Source: Octopus vulgaris (taxonomy: Eukaryota). Taken from it: 64,000 bases of DNA. Location of the stretch: the NCBI GenBank assembly GCA_951406725.2, contig OX597815.1:212908001-212972000 (forward strand), in the 5' to 3' direction. Position numbers and translations under genes: made by a program. Below are positions 12,878-25,438 of the stretch, one piece after another. The notes under the pieces are model-generated. The model was not told the origin of the DNA. It saw nothing but the letters and a program-made list of their open reading frames with translations, and did not search any database. Numbering within the stretch: position 1 is the first letter of the stretch; every line of letters starts with the position of its first letter.

Positions 12878-13420
12878 TGAGTGAGAGAGCAGTGCATTCC
12901 ATCAAAGTGACACTGGAGTAAAATATACGAAGCCCAGTATACCCATCATGACTACTTGTCTAATAAGAGTACACCAGGCACATGCATCACAACCATATGT
13001 GCATGACATGGTGATCTCATATCAAGATAAACAGCACATGACCTTGTAGGTGGGGCCCAGTTAGAATTTTCTTTTGGTTGAGTAACCCATCCCACTCAAA
13101 AGATCCCTGAATAAGGTTGCTTAAGGATGTTGAACGAAACGCCCATGTTTCCAGTGGTGAATTATTCAAACCCCAAAGAATCCCTCTCAGCACATGGCTA
13201 TGATGCTCCCCACTACATCTGCTCATGGTCAGAGATGCACATATCGTCAGCCACTAAGGGACATGCTCAACTGGTTAAGGTCAAACAACTGACAAGCAAA
13301 TCTGTGATATTGAGCAGAATATTAGCTGTAGCCCATCTTTTATACCAAGACAAAACAATGTACAGGATAACACTTCCAATCAGTTAAGATCAGAAGCCAC
13401 GAGAGCCACTGCCTGGGCAT
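12878..13420 (+). repeat. unclassified interspersed repeat
   Basis: a diverged reverse-complement copy is present at about 50225-50465; flanked by (TTA)n. Confidence 0.65.
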
Positions 13421-13545
13421 TTATTATTATTATTATCATTATCGTCATCATCATTAATATCCTTAATCTTATCTAAAAGAATTCAGTTTAAATACATATT
13501 CTAACAATTTCTTTGATGTGATATGTATCTACTCCTTCACTATAG

Positions 13546-13631
13546 TTACAATATACAGGAGTTCTGGAAACTACCAAAATCCGGCGAGATGGCTTTGCTG
13601 TGCGACCTACCTTCCCAGAATTTGTTGGCAA
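13546..13631 (+). CDS. myosin exon (SH1-helix region)
   Basis: ctatAG and GTaag; LQYTGVLETTKIRRDGFAVRPTFPEFVG (L.Y.GVLET..IR..G motif); phase 0 to 2. Confidence 0.95.
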
Positions 13632-13959
13632 GTAAGAAAATGATTTATCATTCCTTTTTTTTTTTATTAATTTGCAGCAGAATTGTCTTAATATTGTGAC
13701 TGTTCGACTCTGAGTTATCAATTACTTATGCAATGTCATATTAGACTTATGTCATTGTTATAAGTAGAATCAAATTACACTGCTTTTGACTGGTAACATT
13801 AACTGTGTTAATACTGTGTTGTTAAGTGTGTTGTTCAGGCTGTGTAGGTTGTTTCAATTCAGCTTATAGTATCAAGTTCAGTCTCTGTTGATCATTTGAA
13901 TTTTAGCATTTGTTTATCTAATACTTGAAATTTTGGTCTATGTTGATTTCTGTTGCCAG

Positions 13960-14055
13960 ATACAGTATACTGATTGCTGATTTGAGTCTGCCAAACACTA
14001 AAGCAAGCTGCCTGAAGATATTGAAAAAATGTAAAATAGAGGGTTTCCAAGTAGG
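13960..14055 (+). CDS. myosin exon (converter)
   Basis: ttgccAG and GTaagt; (K)YSILIADLSLPNTKASCLKILKKCKIEGFQV(G); phase 2 to 2. Confidence 0.88.
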
Positions 14056-14410
14056 GTAAGTATTTCATCATCATCATATTCATCATCATCACCACCCACC
14101 TCCACCACCCACCACCACCACCACCACCACCACCACCACCACCACCACCACCACCACCACCATTATCTTCATCTTCAACATCATTTTAGTACATGTACTT
14201 TTCAATACTTACATGACTTGTATGAAGTTTATTGAAGCAGATGATCTTCTATGGCTGCATTGTATGCCTTATTCTCTCGTTATTCCTTAACTGTTTCCAA
14301 AGTTATTTTTTCCCATGGCCTGCACAATATTGCGGAATGAATGAAATTCATTTACGACAATCATACGATACCAAAACAAGTAAACACACACACACACTCA
14401 CACGCGCGCG

Positions 14411-14444
<34 letters not shown>

Positions 14445-14887
14445 GCGGCTTCCAGTTTCTGTCTATCAAAACTTCTCACAAGGCTTTAGTCAATTAAAGA
14501 AGACACTTACAAGGTTGAAATGTCACAATGACACTGAACTTGGAGCTATGTGATCAGAAAGCAAACTTCTCAACCACACCGCCCTGTTTGCACATATATA
14601 TATAAGTATATATATATATATATACACTCACGCACGCACACACACACACACATATGCATGCACACATACATATACATGTATATATATATATATTAAGAAA
14701 AAGGAGGTAGTCAGAATTTTGGATAATTGTTTATTTTCAGCTCTTTCATATTTTTTTGAGAGATTCATTATGATTGATTTATTTAGAGAAAATTATGCCT
14801 TTTATCTCTCTGTCTGAGATTGTTGAACAAAATCTGGAGTTGAATTAGGAAAAGAATGCTCTTTGTTATTCTGAATTTATACGTGCA

Positions 14888-14931
<44 letters not shown>

Positions 14932-15023
14932 GTTAATCCCAAAAAGAAAGCACAAAAAAACACAACAACGCGAGGAACAAATATAGTATTATTGGACACT
15001 CAGGAAAGAAGGAAAGAAGGAGG

Positions 15024-15058
15024 GTTTAATGTTTCGAGCGGAGCTCTTCGTCGGAAAC
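15024..15058 (-). ncRNA. minimal hammerhead-like motif in a short Penelope-type terminus (about 14930-15130)
   Basis: reverse complement reads GTTT-CCGACGA-A-GAGC(TCC)GCTC-GAAA-CA-TT-AAAC; U4 is replaced by C. Confidence 0.58.
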
Positions 15059-15129
15059 ATAGGAGAAGGAAAGATCAAGAGAAGGGAAGACAGAGGAAAA
15101 AAAATCGCCAACAGTACACACGCGGTCAC

Positions 15130-15164
<35 letters not shown>

Positions 15165-16040
15165 TAATCATCATCATCAATATAATATCATCATCATCAT
15201 CATCATCATCATCGTTTAACGTTTGTTCTCCATGCTAGCATGGGTTGGACGGTTCGACCGGGGATCTGGGAAGCCAGAAGGCTGCACCAGGCTCCGGTCT
15301 TATCTGGCAATGTTTCTACAGCTGGATGCCCTTCCTAACGCCAACCACTCCGTGAGTGTAGTGGGTGCTTTTTATGTGCCACCTGCACTGGTGCCAGGCT
15401 AGGCTGGCATCGGTCACGGTCAGATTGGTGCATTTTACGTGCCACCTGCACGGAAGCCAGTCGAGGCGGCACTGGCTTCGGCCACGATTCGGATGGTGCT
15501 TTTAACGTGCCACCGACACGGAAGCCAGTCGAGGCGGCGCTGGCATCGGCCACGATTCGGATAGTGCTTTTTACGGCATCTGCCGGGTGCCAGTCATAGG
15601 ATTGGTTCAATTTCGATTCCGATTTCGACTTCACTTGCCCCAACAGGTCTTCGCAAGCAAAGGAGGGTTGGCATAGGTGCCTGTCGTCAGATGAGGTTCG
15701 ATATCGACTTCGCTTGTCTCAACAGGTCTTTGTGTGTCCAAGGGAGGAAAGGCATGCATAAGTGGGCTGGACTCACTTGTCCTCATCATCATCACTTAAC
15801 ATCCGTTTTCCATGCTGGCATGGATTGGACAGTTCGACTGGGGACTGGCAACCCAGGAGTCCGCACCAGGCTCCAGACTGATCTAGCAATGTTTCTACAG
15901 CTGGATGCCCTTTCTAACACCAATCATTCCAAGAGTGTAGTAGGTGCTACCGACACAGAAGCCAATCAGGTAGCACTGGCATTAGCCACTTTCGGATGGT
16001 GCTTTTTATGTGCCACCGACATGGGAAGCCAGTCAGGCAA

Positions 16041-16123
<83 letters not shown>

Positions 16124-16200
16124 TATAGTGAGAATTTACAAAAAAACAAAAGACAAAGATGGATGTGTAAACAACAAACAGAGGTATTAGTTGAGAAAGT

Positions 16201-16236
16201 CTTTTATGTTTCGAGCCTATGCTCTTCGACAGAAAG
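16201..16236 (-). ncRNA. hammerhead-like motif, same family as the 7825 copy, in a solo terminus (about 16125-16305)
   Basis: reverse complement reads CTTT-CTGTCGA-A-GAGC(ATAG)GCTC-GAAA-CA-TA-AAAG; flanks resemble the reverse complement of 7750-7960. Confidence 0.55.
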
Positions 16237-16574
16237 GTACACAGAAATAAACAGGGAGAGAAAAAAAAAAGGGTTTAGTGACCAGTGATTTATCATGGCA
16301 AATATATATGTGATTTTGATTTTAATTTTAATCAAAATCAAAATCACGATCACATATACATATATATGTGTGTGTGGGTGGATGTGTATTATATGTGTGT
16401 GTATTGTGAATTTCTGGATTCTTGGTTTGAGAGAGAAAAAAAAAGGAAAAACAAAAGACAGGAAGAAAGAAAGAACTGGAAGAATTTCTTCTTGTCCTTT
16501 TTTCTCTCTTCTTGTCTTACTTTTTCCTTTGTTTTTCTCTAAGCCTCCAAAAATTCACTACACACACACATGCA

Positions 16575-16612
<38 letters not shown>

Positions 16613-16924
16613 AACATACACATATAGATTCAAAATAACAAACAACATTCCGTTCCTAATTCAACTCCAGATTTTTTCAACTACCTCAGATATATATAAA
16701 AGAGATAAACTGTAAATAAATCATTCATGATGAATCTCTCAAAATTAGGTGAAAGGACTAAATAATTAATTACCTAAAAGTCTGACTACCTCCTTTTTCT
16801 TAATAATAAAAATCTGCACACCAAACAATCTATACATACATACGTGCATGCATGCATACATACATGCATGCATGCATACCTGCATATATACATGCATACA
16901 TGCATGCATGCATGCATACATACA

Positions 16925-17330
16925 TACATACATACAAGACCTCAATAAAATGTAAGCACAACACACCTGATATAATGATTTGGGATAGAGAAGAGAAAGT
17001 GTGCACAGTTGTGGAAATTAGCTGCCCTGCGGATGTTAACATAAAACTGAAAATCAGTGAAGAAAGAGAACACTTATGCTGAATTATTGAGAAATCTGCA
17101 GTTACTCTATCCAGATTACAAGTTCAGGTTTATACCTGTCATTATTGGGACTCTGGGATATGTAACACACTGCCTAAATACCAATCTTGAAAAATTAGGA
17201 TTCTCAAAACCAGAAAGGAGAAACTTAATTTGAAGACTACAAATCCAATCCAGCAATGGAACTGTAAAAATCTGTAAAACTTTCCAGAAGTTTATCATTT
17301 AAATATATATGAGCATGTCTAACTATGTAA
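16925..17330 (+). mobile_element. C-terminal restriction-like endonuclease fragment of an RLE-type (R2/R4/NeSL-like) non-LTR element
   Basis: KHNTPDIMIWDREEKVCTVVEISCP (PD..E motif), then FIPVIIGTLG. Confidence 0.7.
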
Positions 17331-17374
17331 CTATATGCATGAGAATAGATACGTAAAACATACAGATCTGTATA

Positions 17375-18067
17375 TGATGATGGCCATCCACTCGTGACCG
17401 AGGAAGACCATTGCTGTCCTTCAGGAACATTGTGTGCTCTAGGACTAACTTATATTTTGCATTTGCGTCTCCGTTGGTGGCTAATGAGCCCTGCCCTTGA
17501 CAAGCATACACGACTGCAAACATTGCAGACCAAACTTTCCCCATTCACTACACCAGCAGTGTGCTTTCAAGCAGCTCGCTTAAGTTCTTCATGCTGGATA
17601 CGTGCTCTCTCAAAAGTGTTGACCCTTGCCTTAACCTGCTTCCTCCATCTGTGGCAATCATAAGCATTGTTCTCTCAGTCAATCTCCTGCATATCACAGG
17701 CCTTTAATGAGGACTTGACACAGTCCTTAAATTGCAGCCTTGGTTTTTGTAGAAGTCTCTTTCCATTCACAAGTTCCCTATATAGCATCTGCTTAGGGAT
17801 CCTGCAATCTTTCATTCTAATAAGGTGTCCAGTCTAACGTAACTGGTGCTTGTGCACCATTGCCTCAATACTCAAGACATCAGCTGTCCTCAGGACCTGT
17901 GTGTCTGGAGTTTTTAAGGCCCAGCCAGCATTCAGAATGTGTCTAAGACATCTCTGATGAATGTGTTCAAGGTGCCAGTTTAGTTGCTGGCAACCCGACC
18001 ATGCAACTGGTTGCACTGGATTCCATGTTACCAGTAGCACTTATGAGAGCCTCATAAGTGACCTGAC
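17375..18067 (-). mobile_element. internally deleted RTE LINE derivative
   Basis: 17970-18067 matches the 5' end at 60790-60887, fused directly to C-terminal ORF sequence (HQRCLRHILN...IEAMVHKHQLR and a terminal Cys motif). Confidence 0.75.
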
Positions 18068-18143
18068 ACATACAAATCTGCACATACATACATACATACC
18101 TACGTGCACACACACACATACATGCACACAAACATACATACTT

Positions 18144-18187
<44 letters not shown>

Positions 18188-19377
18188 GTGCACTTTGGTC
18201 TATTTGTTGATCTATTTATGTATGTATATTTAATAATTTATTTTAATTGGGTTTTCCATCAGCTGCATCAAAAGGATGCTTAATCAGGAAGCAGACGGAT
18301 GAGTCTTTTGTTAATACAAAATATATATTTGAAGAGTAACCTTGGATGTGATTGAAAGCAGTTGAATAAAATTGCTTACAACTAAACCATTTGATGCTAA
18401 CTTTCTAACAGTTCTCTCCTGCATAGTCACTGTCTTAGGATTCTTTCTTGTTGCTTAGTATAAATTAAATATCTTCCTATTAGTAGATGCCTGTAGAACG
18501 ATGAGTTTAACACTTGAAATAAACAGATGAATATCAGCTCTGATGCACAGCTGAGATAAGACTTGATACCATGTGTGTGGATAACTACCCTATTTGGTAG
18601 TTATTAACAAATATTGATATGTGGCAAATGAACTTGTTAAGAATGCCACCACAATGTTTAACAAACCTGAATGAATGGAGAGGGCATAGTTGTTCTTTTG
18701 GAACTTTAAAAATATTTCTTTAATTTTTCAGTTTCAAGTTATTTATGAGTTAGAAAATAGTAAAAATAGTATTAGAAATTCATTTTTGCTGAATCAAAGG
18801 ATTAAACATATTTAATTCTTAGACACATAATAATTTCAAAAATTTGTACTTGAAATGAAATGAAATGTTTTTTATAGATTGCTATACGATTAACGCTAAT
18901 TACAAACTCGCCTGTTTATAATTGAGAAAACATAAAACAGCTGAAACATTGCAATTGAGAAAACATAACATATATTCATACATGTACAGTGACACAAATT
19001 TGGTGAGGAATATGGGAATAGATGATTATATGACCTCAGTACTTGTCTGATACTTATTTTGTCAGTCTTGAAAGGATGAAATGCAAATGATAGTACTGAT
19101 AACGATGGTGGTGGTGGTGGTGATGATGATGATGATGACAATTGATGTCAACAATGATGACAATAATAACAAATTCTCTGATGGTATCCTTGCTTATCAT
19201 GCATTTTCTGCATCAATAATAATAATAATAATAATAATATTCTCTGCATCAATAATAATAATAATAATGTCTGCATCAATAAGAATTTTGTGAGGCTGAA
19301 GTCTTTGAAGTGAATGTAAAAGAATATATTTTTGAATATTATAACTTCTCATTTGTCTTCGTTTTCTATATTGTCAG

Positions 19378-19469
19378 AAAAACTCGAGTATTCTTGAAAT
19401 ATGTACATGTAGGACAGCTGGATGATGAAATGAATACTGTTAATGCAGCTGCAATCCAGGTACAACGAG
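19378..19469 (+). CDS. myosin exon (end of motor, start of IQ)
   Basis: ttgtcAG and GTaaat; (G)KTRVFLKYVHVGQLDDEMNTVNAAAIQVQR (GKTKVFLK-type motif); phase 2 to 1. Confidence 0.93.
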
Positions 19470-19539
19470 GTAAATTATGAATTTATTAAGATATCTAATT
19501 ATCCTGAAATTCAAAATTCTAATAACACATATAATATGA

Positions 19540-21863
19540 CTAGCAGAATTGCCCGGCGATGCTCGGGGCTGAATTGCTTGAAAGTACTGTTAATGATTGC
19601 ACTGAATTATGATGATTATTCAGGCAAATATTGATATAAGTTTACTGTGGGAGATAAGGACTTAACGATCAAACGTGTGCCATTGCATTGTTTTGGGGGA
19701 ACCAAATTTCTAATGAGCATTATAGGGGCACCAACTTTAAGTTTGAGAAAGTGTGGTGGTAGTCCGGGGAGCTCAAAGGAATTGAGTACCTCTATTGGAT
19801 AGTTGATGACGTCCTCTGGGTCAGGAGTTGTATTGATAGACTTACATACATAGACATCCCCAGGAATGAGTTTTAGCATTTCATCATTAATATGGTGAAC
19901 AGTTTTATTCCTCGGGGCCAGAATAGCCCTTTGGCCAATCCAATCCATATTCTGATAATTAGCTTGTAGATCTGGGAACACTGCATCTCTGAGATCAGAA
20001 GGCGTCTTAACAATGGTACAAATGGAATCGATGGCAATATTACCATTTTCATCCCCTGGTATTTTGCCTTTGCCAAGTGCAAGGAGGGTGTGAGAAAATG
20101 CTGCTGATGTGATATTATGTCGCATAGAGCACACATATTGGTGTGAAGTTTGAGAGTCTTCACCAGTGGCCACAATGTGGATGACTTAAGACACGCACTT
20201 ACAGCATCAGCTCCAGTCCCTTTGGGAATAACGGGAAGTGTTTGATGTCTCTGAGAGAACTATCTAGTGCCTCAAGAGCACCTCTGTGGGCCATCGTGCA
20301 TTCATCCCAAACGATAAGCTTGCATCGTCTGAAGACTTCTGCCTGATCGGAGCTGTTACTGATGTTGCAAGTTGGTGTCTCAGTCTTCGCTAAGTCAAGC
20401 GGAAGCTTGAAAGTGGAGTGAGCTGTCCTGCCGCCTGGCAACAAAGTAGCCGCAATTCCAGATGATGCCACAGCTAGGGCAATGCCTTGTGTTCGCCTAA
20501 TCTCAGCCAATACTAATTTGTTGAGAAAAGTTTTCCCAGTGCCCCCAGGAGCGTCCAGGAAAAATATTCCCACAGCTTTGGCCCAGACTGAATTAACAAC
20601 GGAGTTGTAAGCGAACTTCTGTTCTGGAAGGAGCTTTGGCTCATTGTCGGCTATGTACTCAGCAAGCTCATCAACATTAAAACATGTCTCATGCAGCAAA
20701 TGTGAAGACAGAGTGTTTGTGCCTTCCCGGTTTGTTGAAGGTAGGCCATAGACCGACAAGGCACTACCGCCCATATCAAGTACAGTATCTTCGAACGTAG
20801 TTTGTTACCACACAGCCCCACATCTGCCCCTATGTATATGTGTGTGTGTGTACGTGTGTGTGTATAGGTAGATATATTATGCATGTATATATGTGTATAT
20901 ATATATATGTGTACATATTACATGTACATCTATATATATATATATACATCTACACATAAAATACAAAATAGAAAGTTATATCTTGATATCGCTAGTGATA
21001 ACAATACTCAAAATATATAACAGACTGGAATTGTAGGCCCGTCTCTTGCAATTTCGATCAATTGGATCTTGTATAGAAGTGTACGGCTGCAGCGAAATTC
21101 ATTTTTGGACTTTCTTCTATTGAAGGCATTTAAACAAAAATGCTTCCGTAAAGACGGTGAAAATATTGTCAATTTCCCCAAAGAGGGACACAATTCAATT
21201 TTAAAACAATAACCAAAGCCCCTTCTCCGAAAGGGGGAGGGTTACGGTTTACAATTATTTCACAAATACAACACAACAACGTTTCCCTGACGAGGAATCA
21301 ACAAACGTGATTATAATAGTCAAACAGTAATAATAATAACAACAAACCTTTTTAATGTCTCCCCATTTATGTGAAACCACTTATTCAAGTTCAAGTCATT
21401 GATGCAATTTTATACGAATTGCTAATACACACACACATAATAATGGTGAAAAATTGAATATTAATTTGATTAATATGAATTGAAAACCAGTGGTGTAGCA
21501 TATAAGACCACAGCGGATCTTCTTCTAGCAAAAAGGATGACCAGTATTAATTGCTCATCCCTTTTATATAAATACTTTCACTTTAATTGTTGCACACTTG
21601 CAAAGAGAAGGGAGGAGAAAGTGTAGTGGTAATGGTAGGAGTGAAGCACTTGAAATGAAAGAGGGAAATCGTAAAATATTTACTTTTCTCGAATTTTTGC
21701 TTAATTGGGGGTGAAATTGAAAAAACTTTACATGCCACGACCTGATGGAATCTACTTATAAAAATGATAGGTAAATTCCAATTGAAGAAATTCTATATTG
21801 TAGAATTGCATAAAAAATGAGCGGTTTGGGAGGCAGAGAAAATCTGCCTTTTATCATAAGAGA
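19540..21863 (-). mobile_element. internally deleted Helitron with both termini and a PIF1 helicase fragment
   Basis: On the - strand it starts A|TCTCTTATGATAAAAGGCAG and ends with a CCCGAGCATCGCCGGG hairpin then CTAG|T; ORFs at 19616-20774 contain FFLDAPGGTGKTF, ASSGIAATLLPGGRTAHSTFKLP, LIVWDECTM, RAILAPRN and LKLKVGAPIMLIRNL...CNGTRL. Confidence 0.92.
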
Positions 21864-23254
21864 TAACACTCGATTGAAGTCAAACCAATTACTTTAGTAT
21901 AAATTTAGTAATTTTCTTTGTTTCTATCTATCTATCTATCTATCTATCTTGATATCTATCTATCAGTCTGTCTGTCTATTCACACACACACACACACACA
22001 CACATATACATATGCATATACATATATACATATTTATAAATATATATACATACATCTAGATACTCTCTCTCTCTCTCACACACACATACATATACATATA
22101 TATAAACATATACATACACATATTTATGAAGATATATGATATATATATGAACATATATTTATGAAGATATATGATGATGATGATGATATGTGTGTGTGTG
22201 TGCTCAATCAATAATAGGCAGTTGAGGATGTTGTTATATTGCAGTCAATCTAAATGGGATTGACTTGTGTGTATAAATTTTACATCTGTTCCTACTTTAA
22301 TTGTACTCAACAGCTATTTATCAAGACAGACACCATTAAACATATAATTACATAATTGATTAATTTCTAATTAAATTAATTCAAATTAAATAAATTGAAA
22401 AGTTGTGCTGACTCAAATTAGCAGGAATCTTGTGTTATGACACAACATTTCAATTAATGCAACTTAATTTGAATTATTTAATTATCAGAATTATGTAATT
22501 ATACATTTAATGATGTTTATCTTAATGAAACAGCTGTTGAGTAGAATTAAAGTATGAACAGATATAAAATTGTATGGAATTTATGCTTTTTTACATTTAT
22601 GCTATTGTAAGGAAAAGAAAAAAGACAGTACTTTTGTTAGAGGGTATTTTTGTCTGTATGATTAGCTGGGAGGGAAAGAGTAAAAAAGAGAAAAAAGAAA
22701 GATTGTAAAGAAAATATGGCTTGTAATTTCAACCTAGTTGGTCTCATCAGTTTTTATGCATAAACTTCTTAGAACCATCCATGTTCTCCCAGCTAGACTG
22801 TACAGATTTTGTTTTCCAATCTGGTATGTGTTGGATGAAACTCCATGAGATAGTATTCTTTGACCAGAATGCCTTGTCTAATACTGACTCTTACTTCATA
22901 TTTGAAAACAAGGTACTTATTTCTCATCTTTACATGTCAAACAAAGTGAATCGTTAGACATTTTGTTTATACCAGAACATAAATAACTTCACTGTTGCCC
23001 AAATTGTGTCAATCCAAATACAGGCAGAGACAAGCATGTGCACACCCACTCACGTATAATCATCTATTAAGTATATTTATTATTCACAACCCATTCAATA
23101 TCGGTATTCTAGTATTTATTGTCAAGCTGTCAATTTTGTAACATTTAGTAAATGAGTTGTGCCTTATACAATTTTATTTACCTTTTAATAATGAGTAACC
23201 TTGTGATGCTTATCAAGCTGTGGAAACAAGATTGCGCCAGTGGTGATCTGGCCG

Positions 23255-23560
23255 ATTTATTCAAGAGTCAGATAAAATAATATATTCACGAGTCAGAATG
23301 AGAGTCAGATAGAATGATGTATTTAAGAATCAGATTGAATGATTTGTTTGAGAGTCAGATAGTATGATTCATTTGCGAGTTTGATAGAAAGATTATTTGA
23401 AAATCAGACAGAATGATTTATTTGGGGGCCAGAGAGAATGATTTACTTGAGAGTCAGATTGTATGATTGATTTGAGAGTCAGATAGAAAGATTTATTTGA
23501 GTCAGAAAGATTTGTTTTAAAGTCAGAGGGAATGATTTATTTGAGAGTCAGATAGAATGC
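23255..23560. repeat. degenerate ~23-bp minisatellite, about 12-13 units
   Basis: consensus near TTTGAGAGTCAGATAGAATGATTTA. Confidence 0.8.
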
Positions 23561-23989
23561 CTTTTCACATTTGCTGAAGTATAATCAAAGCCAGTGTCTT
23601 GTTTATGCTCAAAGGTCCAGGTACTTCTGCCTTGCAAGATACTACATGTTGAAACACTGGTGTCTCAAAATCCCTTGCACCAACAAGCCAAGTGTATTAT
23701 GAACACACTGCTGAGTAAAAGAGAGAAGTTATTCTCCTGTGACGTACACCACAGTAACTAGCATATTTGTGTTTGAATCTTTCAGAAAATAATAAGAACA
23801 ATATACTGAGAATAAATACAAATAAATATCATCATTTCAGATCTCACTGTATGTACTATACATACATATATATAATTTCATACATGTTTTATAAATATAT
23901 AATTTTTTTCAATTAAAATTTCAATAATTTTATTGTTTTATTTTGTAAACTTTTATTTATCATTTTTGTTTTAATAATCTTTTGAATAG

Positions 23990-24151
23990 TGGCTCGAGGT
24001 TTTGTGGCACGAAGACAATATAAGGATCTCCAAGAAAAGAAGAGAAAGTACCAAATGGAACTGGATGCACTTGCTAAATCAGTCACAGATCATGGGGAGA
24101 ATGTCTACGAAGAAGTACAAGCAAGCAACAAATATAACAAATACGACAGAA
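23990..24151 (+). CDS. myosin exon (IQ motif and short helical neck)
   Basis: gaatAG and GTaag; completes the IQ motif VQRVARGFVARRQY, then KDLQEKKRKYQMELDALAKSVTD...; phase 1 to 1. Confidence 0.92.
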
Positions 24152-24556
24152 GTAAGAATACTTTTTGCCTGAGAATCTTTATAAATTGATTTTAATATTT
24201 TTCTTTTTCTCTTCTTTTGTGAAAGTTTCTCCACATAGACCATGTAGTTTCAGGTTCAGCCCCACTGTGTGGCACCTTGGCAAGTGTCCTCCACTCTACA
24301 GTAACCAATTCCTTGTGAATGAATTTAGTAAATGGAAATTGTGTGGAATTCCATCATATATACATTCACACACACACACACACACATACATACACACACA
24401 CACACACACACATACATACATACATATAATGTAACTACGTGTGTGCCGTTGACGATTTCTTTTCCTCCTTTGGACTTTTCCCCTTCTCCCTTCTCCTTTC
24501 TGACAAACAGCTATGCTTGAAATGTCATACTCTCTCCCTTCATCAAGTGTCTAACT

Positions 24557-24775
24557 CAGTGCTTTTCAACCTTTTTGCTGGAGCGGAACCCCAAGGGAAC
24601 ATTCCACTGGCTCAAGGAACCCCTGTGCAATAATTTAATAGTCTTATGCACATATATCTGCACAGGAGAATTAAAAATTACTGCCGATTTTATCAGTTTT
24701 GTAACTTCTTGCGGAACCCCTGGACTGTACTGGCGGAACTCTAAGGTTCCGCGGATCCCTGGTTGAAAACCACTG
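24557..24775. mobile_element. hAT (Charlie-like) MITE
   Basis: TIRs CAGTGCTTTTCAACC and GGTTGAAAACCACTG; 8-bp TSD GTCTAACT / GTCTAGCT. Confidence 0.85.
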
Positions 24776-24894
24776 GTCTAGCTAATAATACATTTCTCGT
24801 GCACATCCTCATGTTGTCCAATTTTATTTATTTTTTTATTTGTTTATTTCAATTGACTATAAATACATTTATATATTGTATATATCTATCTATT

Positions 24895-25285
24895 TTTACT
24901 ATTTTACTTGTTTCAGTCATTTGACTGCGACCATGCTGGAGCACCGCCTTTTAGTCCAGCAAATCGACCCCAGGACTTATTCTTTGTAAGCCTAGTACTT
25001 ATCCTATTGGTCTCTTTTGCCGAACTGCTAAGTTACGGGGATGTAAACACACCAGCATCGGTTGTCAAGAAATGGTGGGGGACAATCACACACACAAACA
25101 TATACACACATATACATACATACATATATATATACATATACGTCTACCAAATTCACTCACAAGGCATTGGTTGGCCCAGGGCTATAGCAGAAGACACTTG
25201 CCCAAGATGCCATGCAGTGGGACTGAACCCGGAACCATGTGGTTGGTTAGCAAGTTACTTACCACACTGCCACTCCTGCGCCTAT
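24895..25285 (-). mobile_element. tRNA-derived SINE, same family as 32598-33004
   Basis: near-identical reverse complement of the 32598 copy. Confidence 0.85.
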
Positions 25286-25395
25286 GCATATATATATATA
25301 TATATATATATAACAAAGTGGAGTTGTAAGGTACTGCACAAGTGGAATTATATATGAAAGAAGGTTGGAAAATGCAATTTTAAAAGAGGTTTATT

Positions 25396-25438
25396 TACTT
25401 TACCGGTTTCACTTTTTAGAAAAAGATTGTCAAAAGTA
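25396..25438 (-). ncRNA. hammerhead-like motif (U3-A8 variant)
   Basis: reverse complement reads TACTT-TTGACAA-TCTTTT(TCTA)AAAAGT-GAAA-CCGG-TA-AAGTA; the stem II closing pair is mismatched. Confidence 0.55.

Noticed and set aside
18878-18925. Candidate myosin converter exon after tttatAG
   Set aside because: It hits a stop in the required phase; the true exon was found at 13960-14055
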